Source: Octopus sinensis (Eukaryota). From it: 64,000 nucleotides of DNA. Positions 40,810-52,260 of the stretch are shown in pieces (positions within the stretch are counted from its first letter, which is position 1; each line of letters begins with the position of its first letter). The DNA lies in contig NW_021833058.1 in the NCBI RefSeq assembly GCF_006345805.1, positions 22,155-86,154 on the forward strand, in the 5' to 3' direction. Below the pieces are notes generated by a model. It saw only the letters and a program-made list of their open reading frames with translations. It made no database searches and was not told where the DNA came from. A program made the translations under genes and the position numbers.

Positions 40810-40884
40810 ACTCTATACAATTGTTCATTACTAATGTAATATGTAGTTTTACTTACACTTACATCTATAAATCATCGGTAGAGT
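40810..40884 (-). ncRNA. Hammerhead ribozyme (unit 7; core CCGAUGA, GAAA shortened by 1 nt)
   Basis: Plus strand tcatcgg gives CCGATGA, a change at the tolerant N7 position. ttgttca lacks one T, which is either a read error or an inactivating change. Confidence 0.5.
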
Positions 40885-41297
40885 TTGTCAGAAATGCAAT
40901 TAATTAGATCGATTCGAGCGTCAAAAACACGAGCGGTCCAACCAATTACATATTTTTATATGTCTCAAATTCCGCGCCAAAAGCATGCCTATACTCCATT
41001 GGAAACGTATGCCGCATCAAATAAAATATTGACTGCCGCGTAGTTAAATTTATAAAATTATAAATGAGGGTGAAAAATCGATATTAATTTAATAATACCA
41101 TTAATTTAACACCAAGTGGCTTAGCACAAAAAACTACGGAGAAAATACAAATTTATACATAAATTATTAGAGAGTATCCACTATGTGGATAACTCTAGTG
41201 CTAAAAATAGCTCCGAAGCAACCACAGAAGAACTGTTTCCACTAGAATCAACATACATTTAGCGGAAGGAAAGTGAAATACAACGAATAAATGATTG

Positions 41298-41372
41298 ACT
41301 CTATACAATTGTTTCATTACTAATGTAATATGTAGTTTTACTTACACTTACATCTATAATCTTCGGTAGAGT
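41298..41372 (-). ncRNA. Hammerhead ribozyme (unit 8)
   Basis: Same motif, with a 1-nt deletion at the base of helix II. Confidence 0.65.
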
Positions 41373-41787
41373 TTGTCAGGATGCAATTAATTAGATCGAT
41401 TCGAGCGTCAAAAACACGAGCGGTCCAACCAATTACATTTTTAGTTATGTCTCAAATTCCGCGCCAAAAGCATGCCTAGACTCCATTGGAAACGTATGCC
41501 GCATCCAATAAAATATTGACTGCCGCGTAGTTAAATTTATAAAATTATAAATGAGGGTGTGAAAAATCGATATTAATTTAATAATACCATTATTTAACAC
41601 CAAGTGGCTTAGCACAAAAAACTACGGAGAAAATACAAATTTATACATAAATTATTAGAGAGTTATCCACTATGTGGATAACTCTAGTGCTAAAAATAGC
41701 TCCGAAGCAACCACAGAAGAACTGTTTCCAACTAGAATCAACATACATTTCGGAAGGAAAGTGAAATACAACGAATAAAATAGATTG

Positions 41788-41863
41788 ACTCTATACAATT
41801 GTTTCATTACTAATGTAATATGTAGTTTTACTTACACTTACATCTATAAATCTTCGGTAGAGT
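41788..41863 (-). ncRNA. Hammerhead ribozyme (unit 9)
   Basis: Same motif, intact. Confidence 0.72.
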
Positions 41864-42276
41864 TTGTCAGAAATGCAATAATTAGATCGATTCGAGCGTC
41901 AAAAACACGAGCGGTCCACCAATTACATTTTTAGTTATGTCTCAAATTCCGCGCAAAAAGCATGCCTAGACTCCATTGGAACGTATGCCGCATCAAATAA
42001 AATATTGACTGCCGCGTAGTTAAATTTATAAAATTATAAATGAGGGTGAAAAATCGATATTAATTTAATAATACCATTAATTTAACACCAAGTGGCTTAG
42101 CACAAAAAACTACGGAGAAAATACAAATTTATACATAAATTATTAGAGAGTTATCCACTATGTGGATAACTCTAGTGCTAAAAATAGCTCCGAAGCAACC
42201 ACAGAAGAACTGTTTCCACTAGAATCAACATACATTTAGCGGAAGGAAAGTGAAATACAACGAATAAAATAGATTG

Positions 42277-42351
42277 ACTCTATACAATTGTTTCATTACT
42301 ATGTAATATGTAGTTTTACTTACACTTACATCTATAAATCTTCGGTAGAGT
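42277..42351 (-). ncRNA. Hammerhead ribozyme (unit 10)
   Basis: Same motif, with a 1-nt deletion in helix II. Confidence 0.68.
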
Positions 42352-42795
42352 TTGTCAGAAATGCAATTAATTAGATCGATTCGAGCGTCAAAAACACGAG
42401 CGGTCCAACCAATTACATTTTTAGTTATGTCTCAAATTCCGCGCCAAAAGCATGCCTAGACTCCATTGGAAACGTATGCCGCATCAAATAAAATATTGAC
42501 TGCCGCGTAGTTAAATTTATAAAATTATAAATGAGGGTGAAAAATCGATATTAATTTAATAATACCATTAATTTACACCAAGTGGCTAGCACAAAAAACT
42601 ACGGAGAAAATACAAATTTATACATAAATATTAGAGAGTTATCCACTATGTGGATAACTCTAGTGCAAAAATAGCTCCGAAGCAACCACAGAAGAACTGT
42701 TTCCAACTAGAATCAACATACATTTAGCGGAAGGAAAGTGAAATACAACAATAAAATAGATTGACTCTATACAATTGTTTCATTACTAATGTAAT

Positions 42796-42860
42796 GCATT
42801 TCTGACAAACTCTACCGAAGATTTATAGATGTAAGTGTAAGTAAAACTACATATTACATT
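42796..42860 (+). other. 65-bp inverted segment terminating the array (5' inversion)
   Basis: gcatttctgac...catattacatt is the exact reverse complement of the monomer segment aatgtaatatg...gtcagaaatgc. aatgtaat is duplicated at the junction. Confidence 0.9.
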
Positions 42861-42869
42861 TCTTCTTAC

Positions 42870-42931
42870 CAAGGGCTATGGGTGCCGGTAACAAATTCTG
42901 AAATAGCCTTTAAGATATCTACGATTAACCA
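42870..42931 (-). CDS. Candidate small exon (WLIVDILKAISEFVTGTHSP), product unknown
   Basis: Acceptor ttccccttgcag|TGG and donor TTG|gtaaga. One frame is open to the donor. No homology recognised. Confidence 0.3.
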
Positions 42932-43284
42932 CTGCAAGGGGAATTACTCCTGTAAGGCAAACGGGGCTTGGTTTTTTCACAGCGGGGGGTTTCCTTGACA
43001 AGGCAGGCTTAGATGAACACACACACACATAAAACATAATATATATATATATTTTTTCTGCCACCCAACGGTTCTCGCGGCAGTAGCCCATGACAGCCGA
43101 ACGATCAAACGCACAACACGTACACAAAAAATGTTTCTACCCCTACGCCAACACACACATATATAGAACAGTATACACACACACACGTCTCTAAGTAGAT
43201 TTTTCTCGCCCTTATAAAACATCCAATATTCCTTAAATAGTCAGAAACTTATTCTCGGTCACAAAGAACACCCACACACCTCAC

Positions 43285-43446
43285 CCACATGATTGACCGA
43301 TGCCTGACCCGTTAAATTCTTCAGCCACCGGTTCTCAACATACACTGATAAACAGTTTCGCCATGGGCTCTTAGGAGCATAGTTCGATTTGTTTTTGCTC
43401 CGCCTCTGTTCTGTTTTTTTTTTCCAACGGATTTCCTATTTTCTTC
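43285..43446 (-). other. Candidate exon (possibly 5' UTR ending ATG TGG)
   Basis: Strong acceptor tgtgtctttctcttcag and donor GTGG|gtgagg. No frame is open end to end unless the A10 run is miscalled. Confidence 0.25.
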
Positions 43447-43587
43447 CTGAAGAGAAAGACACAATATGGTCCCATTATTCAATCGGATTTTGGTAATTTG
43501 TGCCTTTCGAAACACGGTAGAATGAAATAAAACGATTTCTGTTCAATCTGCGTTCAGCTCCATTTCTTCAATTCACCAATAATGTTT

Positions 43588-43659
<72 letters not shown>

Positions 43660-44021
43660 AATACCGTGGGTCTATCAGCCGCTACCAAATTCAAACTATG
43701 ACGAACATGGCGTTAAAATCGATAATTTTAAACTAACGGAGACAACACTCGTATATCGCCTGAGGAAACACAACTAAATCTCATTATGCAAATAAACAGT
43801 TGCATAATCAAATACCTATATTCTTGGAGAACTAAGTTGCGTCGAAACAATTGTAGCGAATAATAAATAAATGTCCAACCGTACTTCTTCTTCTTGACAC
43901 CAGTCTCTTCAATTTTACATTCACACACGACGAATGCCCTAAGTTAAACTTGGAAGTAAGTAATAATAATCTTTACCGATAGTACTGAGTAATTCTGAAG
44001 ATGGACGAGGTTTATATATAT

Positions 44022-44333
44022 GTGGAGGCGCAATGGCCTAGTGGTTAGGGCAGCGGACTCGCGGTCGTAGGATCGCGGTTTCGATTCCCAGACCGGGCGT
44101 TGTGAGTGTTTATTGAGCGAAAACACCTAATGCTCCACGAGGCTCAGGCAGCGGCAGGTGGTGATCCCTGCTGTACTCTTTCGCTACAACTTTCTCTCAC
44201 TCTTTCTTCTGTTGGCCTGCTCGCTTAGCCAGCGGGGTGGCGTCATTTGAAAGCTAAAACAATGCGAAGCGCATTGTGACCAGCGATGTGTAGCAACATC
44301 TGATGGTCTGGTCGGTCATGGTGATCACGGTGA
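44022..44333 (+). mobile_element. tRNA-derived SINE, same head, tail 3
   Basis: Head matches. The tail ends ...ggtctggtcggtcatggtgatcacggtga. Confidence 0.8.
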
Positions 44334-45703
44334 AATATTTATATATGTTATAAGCTACATGTTATGGTATGTGTTATGTTATATATAATACTATCCCATG
44401 ATAACCCCTGCCTAGTTAGTCTGTCTTCATCCTATTTGGTGATTACACTATTTTTTTCCTTTCTATGATGTTCTACCCTACTGATCACATTATGTATATT
44501 TGTAGAGACTTTATGTAAGTAAGTCTCTTTTCGACCAAATCATATATCCTCAAGAAGCTATAAAACTATACACACAATAGCACCTGTAACATTATAAGTT
44601 ATAAAATCTCTTCGGTATGAATACCTTTAACTGCCCTCACTACTTCCATACCTATTACCCCCTCGTTTCGGGTTACCCTTATCTCTCCCCTGCCTCAAAC
44701 TTTAAACCCCTGTCTCTTTAAATGTAGGTTATATGTATTTCTTGTTATTTTCTATAAATTTCTTATTTTGTTTTCTTATTTTAATATCCTTACCTATTAA
44801 CCTTTTATCCCTTATAAATTGTTACATTTCTTACTCTTAAATAGATATTTTTCAGTTACTTAAGTCTATACGAGATGGTTATACTATATCTATGTAGACG
44901 TATAAATATTTGTGTGTGTGTGTATATGCATATAAGCACATATATAAATGTGTGTGTACCTGTATGTATCTTTACTTTTTTCTGATTCATGGTTTAAAAT
45001 TAATAGATAGCATGTATGTCTTTCCAGCTATTCCATGAGCAGTCTTTATAGAAACCACCTAATAAGTAATTAAGTACATGAATGAATATTAAACTGATTC
45101 TTTGTAATCTTTCCTTTTTAATGCTTATAATTCATGTATACACACATCTTACCTATTTTGGTTATATCATTTTTGAAAATCTTAAATTTTATTTTTATAC
45201 AACATAACAATATTGTTTATAAACAATCACCCATAGTGCCCCAAAATAAAATTTCCTCTATATTAACATCTTAGGTTTCTATGCGTCTTGCTCCTTTAAC
45301 TGGTAATTAACATCATGAGTTAAAGCCTTCTCCTCCTCAGCCTCTTTTTGTAGACAGTTACTTATATCCAATTGACTACTTCTAATGTCTTCTTTCCTCT
45401 CTGAGGACAAGGGATACTTATGATAATTTTTATGACCATACCTAGCCATGAGCTGTCAACACACTCTTGTCCATTATTCAAAATAGACACAGTCTTCTAG
45501 CCTCAGATTCAGTAGTTCATAAAGAGATAAATAAATTAGAAATGAATTACAATCCCTTACAACACTATGACCCCAATAGGCTTCATGCGATTCTTTGAAG
45601 TGTGGTCTATTCTTAGCTACAAAAACGACAACATGAATTTCTTCCATCTTCTTGCTCTGTTAAAATATTTGAGAAAAATTATTTTAACGTGTCCTACTTG
45701 TTA

Positions 45704-46123
45704 AAATTCTGAGTATTTATTTTTTTAAAATCTGGTACTCATTCTAGAAGCCCTCTTGCAATGTTGCGGTCAGAGACAGACAGGTCATATTAGTTCGTAT
45801 GGGAAGACGACAAAATTCTCAAGTATTTACTTTATGGACGACTGAATCCTGCGAAAAGACCTCCTCAGAAACCAAAATTACGATACAAAAACAGGTAATT
45901 CGTATAGAAATTTGAAATTCTGAGTATTATTTTTTAAAATCTGGTACTCATTCTAGAAGCCTTCTTGCAATGTTGCGGTCAGAGACAGACAGGTCATATT
46001 AGTTCGTATGGGAAGACGAAAGAATTCTCAAGTATTTACTTTATGGAGGACTGAATCCTGCGAAAAGACCTCCTCAGAAACCAAAATTACGATACAAAAA
46101 CAGGTAATTCGTATAGAAATTTG
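45704..46123 (+). mobile_element. RTE-clade LINE 3' ORF fragment, tandemly duplicated (period 211 bp)
   Basis: EDDKILKYLLYGRLNPAKRPPQKPKLRYKN resembles the RTE C-terminal motif LLYGEL..GKR..GRPK.RYKD. Units start at 45704 and 45915. Confidence 0.7.
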
Positions 46124-46833
46124 GGAAATAATTGCAATTAATAGAGTAAACATGGAGAAAAAATATATATTGAATGTGTTCTTGTATTTTGAAAAAAATG
46201 TCATGAAACACACAAAAACAGAACCTGATGACAAGAAAGAAAATGCTCCGTGGATACTTATAATCCCTTCTAATATTCAACGGGTCATTTTAATATTGGT
46301 TGGTCTTTTAAGCCATTCAAGGGTACATATACTGAAGCAAGCTAATTCTTCTATCTGGAAGGTGATACGTCAGCCAATCATGAGAGAGAAACACCGTGTT
46401 TGTATCGGTTTTCGTTTAAATAAACTTCTGTCTGTGTCCAGTTGCTAAATGTTATGATTCCGCATTGCATTTAACTGAGAAGAGACAGCTTTGTAGCAGT
46501 CGCGGTATATAAGCTGTAATATCCATCAACTGAGATAAAACGTCATCTAATCTGTGGAGCTAATTTCGAAACACTAGTCACGCGTATTACTGAGTCAACC
46601 TCTATCATCACGATCATCATGATCATGATCATGATCATCATCATCATCATGATCACCACCAGCATCACCAGCAGCACCAGCAGCACCACCATCGCCAACA
46701 CCATGACCAGCACCGGTACCAGCAACACCACCATCGTCGTCGTCGTCGTCACCAAAAATCCGTAGGTGTCTCGCTCTCCCTCTTTCTCTCCCTCTTTCTC
46801 TCCTCTTCCTTCCCCCTCTCTCCCTCTCTCCAT

Positions 46834-46877
<44 letters not shown>

Positions 46878-47020
46878 ATTCACCCATCCTCTTTCTTTCA
46901 CACATCCGCTGTTGATAAATAAAGCGTGACTCGTGTGACAATTTAATTGACTTGTAGAGAAGACTGTGTTAGTATGGCGTAAAATGTGACACAGAAAAAC
47001 AGCAAAATACATATTTACAC

Positions 47021-47024
<4 letters not shown>

Positions 47025-47060
<36 letters not shown>

Positions 47061-47096
47061 CGCACACACACGCACACACACACGCATACACACACG

Positions 47097-47150
<54 letters not shown>

Positions 47151-47158
47151 ACACACAC

Positions 47159-47213
<55 letters not shown>

Positions 47214-47305
47214 CACACGCACACACACACGCACACACACGCACACACGCACACACACACACACACACACACGCACACACACACACACGCACACACACAC
47301 ACAGC
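47025..47305. repeat. (CA)n microsatellite
   Basis: Direct reading. Confidence 0.95.
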
Positions 47306-47464
47306 GATACACATATTTACATGTTATGTATAAGTACCTATATATAAATCTCCACCTGTAATGTTGATTGAGATCGCCTTACTGCAATTATTAATAAGTA
47401 TCGTAATGTGATCTAATTCACAAACAATGTGACTCAAAGTAAATACAGATAAGTGTTCGTGTAT

Positions 47465-47526
47465 TATATAAAACTGCGGCGTCACACAAAGTTGAGTTCA
47501 TATTATTGCAAAAGGACAAAGTAAGT
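47465..47526 (+). promoter_or_regulatory. Candidate TATA box + Inr + short first exon + donor
   Basis: TATATAAAA at 47465-47473, TCATATT (YYANWYY) with A at 47500, and gtaagt at 47521. Confidence 0.28.
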
Positions 47527-48032
47527 GAACGAGGGATGATGTGTAACCGTTCAGAATGCTATGGTTAATTTACAATAGTCGTATTATGTGAGTAGCTAGG
47601 GCTGCTGACTTTGGTTTAAGCTACGATGGCTTGTAACAGTAAATTAGGCTTCCATTGAAATCTTCAATGTTTATAGAACTTACCAAAGATGGATTAGTTT
47701 TAGCGAATTGTGATACTGAGGCGTCGTTGTCAAATATTTAACTGTAGAACTGAAATGATTGTTGCAAAGATAATAAGTCTGTGTAGCTGTTCTGTACACA
47801 TGTTGACGCACAAGAGAAGTGGTTTATTCAAGTGGTTGTACAACTGCCTACAGGTTAGTTTGTGAAAAAGCAAAATCCGCAGATAAAAAAATGTCTAGAA
47901 AAGGCAGTTGAAAAATCTGAGGATTGTTAGGTCGGAGCTAGGGACGAGAGTTGAGAAAAACGAATGTGTGTAGTACAAAAGGAAAAGAAAATTCTTTCTT
48001 TTGTAATAATTTTCAAGATAATCTATTTTCAT

Positions 48033-49186
48033 ACCTATTTCTTTACTACCCACAAGGGGCTAAACACAGAGAGGACAAACAAAGACAGACAAACGGATTA
48101 AGTCGATTATATCGACCCCAGTGCGTAACTGGTACTTTATTTAATCGACCCCGAAAGGATGAAAGGCAAAGGCGACCTCGGCGGAATTTGAACTCAGAAC
48201 GTAACGACAGATGGAATACCTATTTCATTATTATCCACAAGGGGCTAAACATAGAGGGGACAAACAAGGACAGACATAGGTATTAAGTCGATTACATCGA
48301 CCCCAGTGCGTAACTGGTACTTAATTTATCGACCCCGAAAGGATGAAAGGTAAAGTCGACCTTGGCGGAATTTAAACTCAGAACGTAACGACAGACGAAA
48401 TACCTATTTCTTTATTACCCACAAGGGGCTAAACATAGAGGAGACAAACATGGACAGACATAGGTACTAAGTCGATTATATCGACCCCAGTGCGTAACTG
48501 GTACTTAATTTATCGACCCCGAAAGGATGAAAGGCAAAGTCGACCTCGGCGGAATTTGAACTCAGAACGTAACGACAGACGAAATACCTGTTTCTTTACT
48601 ACCCACAAGGGGCTAAACACAGAGAGGACAAACAAGGACAGACATAGGTACTAAGTCGATTACATCGACCCCGGTGCGTAACTGGTACTTATTTAATCGA
48701 CCCCGGAAGGATGAAAGGCAAAGTTGACCTCGGCGGAATTTGAACTCAGAACGTAACGGCAGACGAAATACCTATTTCTTTATTACCCACAAGGGGCTAA
48801 ACACAGAGGGGACAAACAAGGACAGACATAGGTATTAAGTCGATTACATCGACTCCAGTGCGTAACTGGTACTTATTTAATCGACCCCGAAAGGATGAAA
48901 GGCAAAGTCGACCTCGGCGGAATTTGAACTCACAACGTAACGCAGACGAAATACCTATTTCTTTATTATCCACAAGGGGCTAAACACAGAGGGGACAAAC
49001 AAGGACAGACATAGGTATTAAGTCGATTACATCGACTCCAGTGCGTAACTGGTACTTATTTAATCGACCCCGAAAGGATGAAAGGCAAAGTCGACCTCGG
49101 CGGAATTTGAACTCACAACGTAACGCAGACGAAATACCGCTACGCATTTCGCCCGGCGTGCTAACGTTTCTGCCAGCTCGCCGCCT
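48033..49186 (-). mobile_element. Same SINE, hexamer with a single TSD
   Basis: Units at 48033, 48218, 48402, 48586, 48770 and 48953, with the head ending at 49186. caagataatctattttcatacc is repeated at 48014-48035 and 49192-49213. Confidence 0.92.
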
Positions 49187-49702
49187 TTTTCCAAGATAAT
49201 CTATTTTCATACCAGTGTGTCTCGAGAGCGATTGATCTAATTTTACCGGGACAAAGAATAGACCTGTCGACCCAAGTTCAAATCTAGGAAGTGACAGTTC
49301 AAAAGTGATAGTACTTTACAAAAGAAATCAAAGTAGAAAAACAATAGGTTTAGCGGAATTTTTGACTAATATCATGCTGTGTTGCTTCAAATGCGCCAGT
49401 CGAAAAGAATTACGTTCGATATATCGTGTCCCGTTTCAATGCAGGGGATTTGCCAGGGAATTTTGCCTCTTTTCCAATTGATAAAAATTTCGGGCTTGTC
49501 ACTCCTTGCCCAGATCGGATTTCATAAACATCTGTTTTTACTCTCTTTATTACAAAAAGAAAAAAAGTGTTAATGACTTTAAAATATTCATGCTCACAAC
49601 ATCATGTTAACACTGCCTGCATAAATTATGTTAATATTGACAACATTATGTGAACATCTTCAACATTCATTGTGTTAATACTAACTACATCAATTATGGT
49701 GA

Positions 49703-49921
49703 CCTATTTCTTTACTACCCACAAGGGGCTAAACACAGAGGGGACAAACAAGGACAGACAAACATCGACCCCAGTGTGTAAGTGGTACTTAACTTATCGA
49801 CCCCGAAAGGATGAAAGGCAAAATCGACCTCGGCGGAATTTGAACTCAGAATGTAGCGGCAGACGAAATACTGCTAAGCATTTCGCCCGGCGTGCTAACG
49901 TTCCTGACAGCTCGCCGCCTT
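49703..49921 (-). mobile_element. Same SINE, monomer
   Basis: Head, core and tail B match. Confidence 0.85.
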
Positions 49922-50741
49922 AAACCTTATGGTAACCTGGATTACATTATGTTAACAGTCACCTAAGCCCTCCAGTATTTAGAGACATCATCTAAAACGG
50001 TGACTAATGAACCTTATCATTAAAGTGCCGGATAGGGCGCCGAGCTGGTAGAATCGTTAGCACACCGGGCAAAATACCGAGCGGCATTTCGTCAGTCTTT
50101 GCGCTCTGAGCTCAAATTCCGCTGAGGTCGACTTTCCCTTTCATCTTTTTAGGATCGATAAAATAAGTACCAGTTGAGCACTGGGATCGATGTAATCGAC
50201 TAATCACCTCCCTCGAAGTTGCTGGCCTTGTGCTAAAATTTAAAATCCTCATTAGAGCGTCGGATAAAATACTTTGTGGATTTCATTCCGATGCTCTGCG
50301 CACTGAGTTCAAATCACACTGAAGTGAGCTTTGCCTTTCAACATTTTGGGGCGACCCAATCAGTTTACTGGGGTGGATTGTCCGGACTATACCAGAAATT
50401 CAAACGGTCCAGCCTCGGACCATTGTATCCCTGAAATTCGGTCAATTATTTATGCTAAGGGTTCACAGTCACACACACACGCGTTAGTTGGACAACTGAA
50501 TGCGCTTCGTCGATAATGATGGAAAATTCGTCCATAGGATTTAATCGTGGTGACTTGTTTTGGAGAGAAATAGTTGTAATATACTTGGTGATGCACTTGG
50601 TCGACCCAGGAGGGGATTTCAGCACAGCATGCAAAGAGACGTAACGAAACCCTACCACGACACAACTGCAACGACAACTATTACTATACTGCATCAGCAG
50701 CAACAGCAGCATAAACAACAAAATAATCATTAGCTAATATA

Positions 50742-51339
50742 TGTTTCTTTACTGCCCACAAGGGGCTAAACATACAGGGGACAAACAAGGACAGACAAAG
50801 GGATTAAGTCGATTACATCGACCCAGTGCGAAACTGGTACTTAATTTATCGACCCTGAAAGGATGAAAGGCAAAGTCGACCTCGGCGGAATTTGAACTCA
50901 GAACGTAACGGCAGACGAAATACCTATTTCTTTACTACCCACAAGGGGCTATACATAGAGGGGACAAACAAGGACAGACAAAGGGATTAAGTCGATTACA
51001 TCGACCCAGTGCGTAACTGGTACTTAATTTATCGACCCTGAAAGGATGAAAGGCAAAGTCGACCTCGGCGGAATTTGAACTCAGAACGTAACGGCAGACG
51101 AAATACCTATTTCTTTACTACCCACAAGGGGCTATACATAGAGGGGACAAACAAGGACAGACAAAGGGATTAAGTCGATTACATCGACCCAGTGCGTAAC
51201 TGGTACTTAATTTATCGACCCTGAAAGGATGAAAGGCAAAGTCGACCTCGGCGGAATTTGAACTCAGAACGTAACGGCAGACGAAATACGGCTACGCATT
51301 TCGCCCGGCGTGCTAACGTTTCTGCCAGCTCGCCGTCTT
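50742..51339 (-). mobile_element. Same SINE, trimer with a single TSD
   Basis: aaataatcatta(g/a)ctaatata at 50721-50741 and 51341-51361. Confidence 0.9.
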
Positions 51340-51369
51340 CAAATAATCATTAACTAATATAGCACCAGC

Positions 51370-52260
51370 GATACCACTACCACCCGCATACTACCACCAC
51401 CACCACAACCACCACCTCAACACCACTGCCATCACCACCTCAACACCACTGCCATCACCAACACTACCACCTCCTCCACCACCACCACTACCACCACCAC
51501 CACACCACTTCCACCACCACCACCACCATCACCTCCACACCACTGCCACCACCAACACTACCACCACCGCCGCCGCCGCTACCAGCACCAACACCACCAC
51601 CACAACAAACATCGCCATAGCCGCAATCATCACCACCACCAACACCACCACCACCATCACCTCCACACCACTGCCACCACCAACACTACCACCACCGCCG
51701 CCGCCGCTACCAGCACCAACACCACCACCACAACAAACATCGCCTTCGCCGCAATCACCACCACCACCATCCCACCACCACCACCACCACCACCACAACC
51801 ACCACCGCCGCCGCCGCCGTTATCATACCGAATAAATATAACAATATCAAAGTCATAGATGGCGGCCAGTTTAGAGATTTGTTACAATGAATAGTTCGTC
51901 ATTGTGTAAATGTCATCGGTGAAGGGGGAGGTGGTGGTGGTAGAGGTAATAAGAGTGGTGGCATTGATGATAGTAGTAGTAGTTGTAGTAGTAGTAGTAG
52001 TAGCAGGAGGGGCGGTGGCAGCGGTGGTGCTGTCGCTAGACGTAGTTAAAATAGTACAGGTGATGTAGTAATTAAATTGGTAGTGACAGTAATGATGAAG
52101 TCATAGTGATTGTTGTTGTTGGTGGTGGTGCTGATGGTGATGCTGATTTTGTTGCTGTTGTTATGCGCATGCGTTGTTGTTGTTGTTGTTGTTATCAATA
52201 CGGTGGTGGTGTGGTCGTGGTGGACAGCGGTAGCGATGGCAACGGTGGCTAACGTTGTAG
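51370..52260. repeat. (CAC/ACC)n tract followed by (GTG/GTA/GTT)n low-complexity tract
   Basis: Direct reading. Includes a ~125-bp internal duplication (51520-51745). Confidence 0.9.

Larger units (their letters stand above)
37905..42860 (-). mobile_element. Tandem array of ~489-bp non-coding monomers, each with a hammerhead ribozyme (retrozyme / Penelope-like non-autonomous element)
   Basis: The unit marker tagagag(t)tatccactatgtgg recurs at 37911, 38401, 38890, 39382, 39870, 40359, 40677, 41168, 41656, 42144 and 42632. That gives 9 full units, 1 internally deleted (318 bp) and 1 partial. Copies differ mostly by single-base indels. There is no ORF. The 3' end (minus) abuts (AT)n and the 5' end is inverted (42796-42860). 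Confidence 0.85.

Noticed and set aside
37905-42860. CRISPR-like or Helitron interpretation of the array (hairpin followed by CTAG)
   Set aside because: There are no unique spacers or cas genes. The CTAG overlaps the stem, and the ribozyme, (AT)n tail and 5' inversion point to retroposition.
44022-44100. tRNA genes (also at 26906, 29100 and 4790)
   Set aside because: A and B boxes are present but there is no proper cloverleaf. They continue into SINE bodies, so they are SINE heads.
50480-50560. DEFSIIIDEAHSVVQL on the minus strand, resembling SF2/RecQ helicase motif II
   Set aside because: Isolated 8-10 aa match with no motif I or III, no following WG, and no convincing splice sites. Probably chance.
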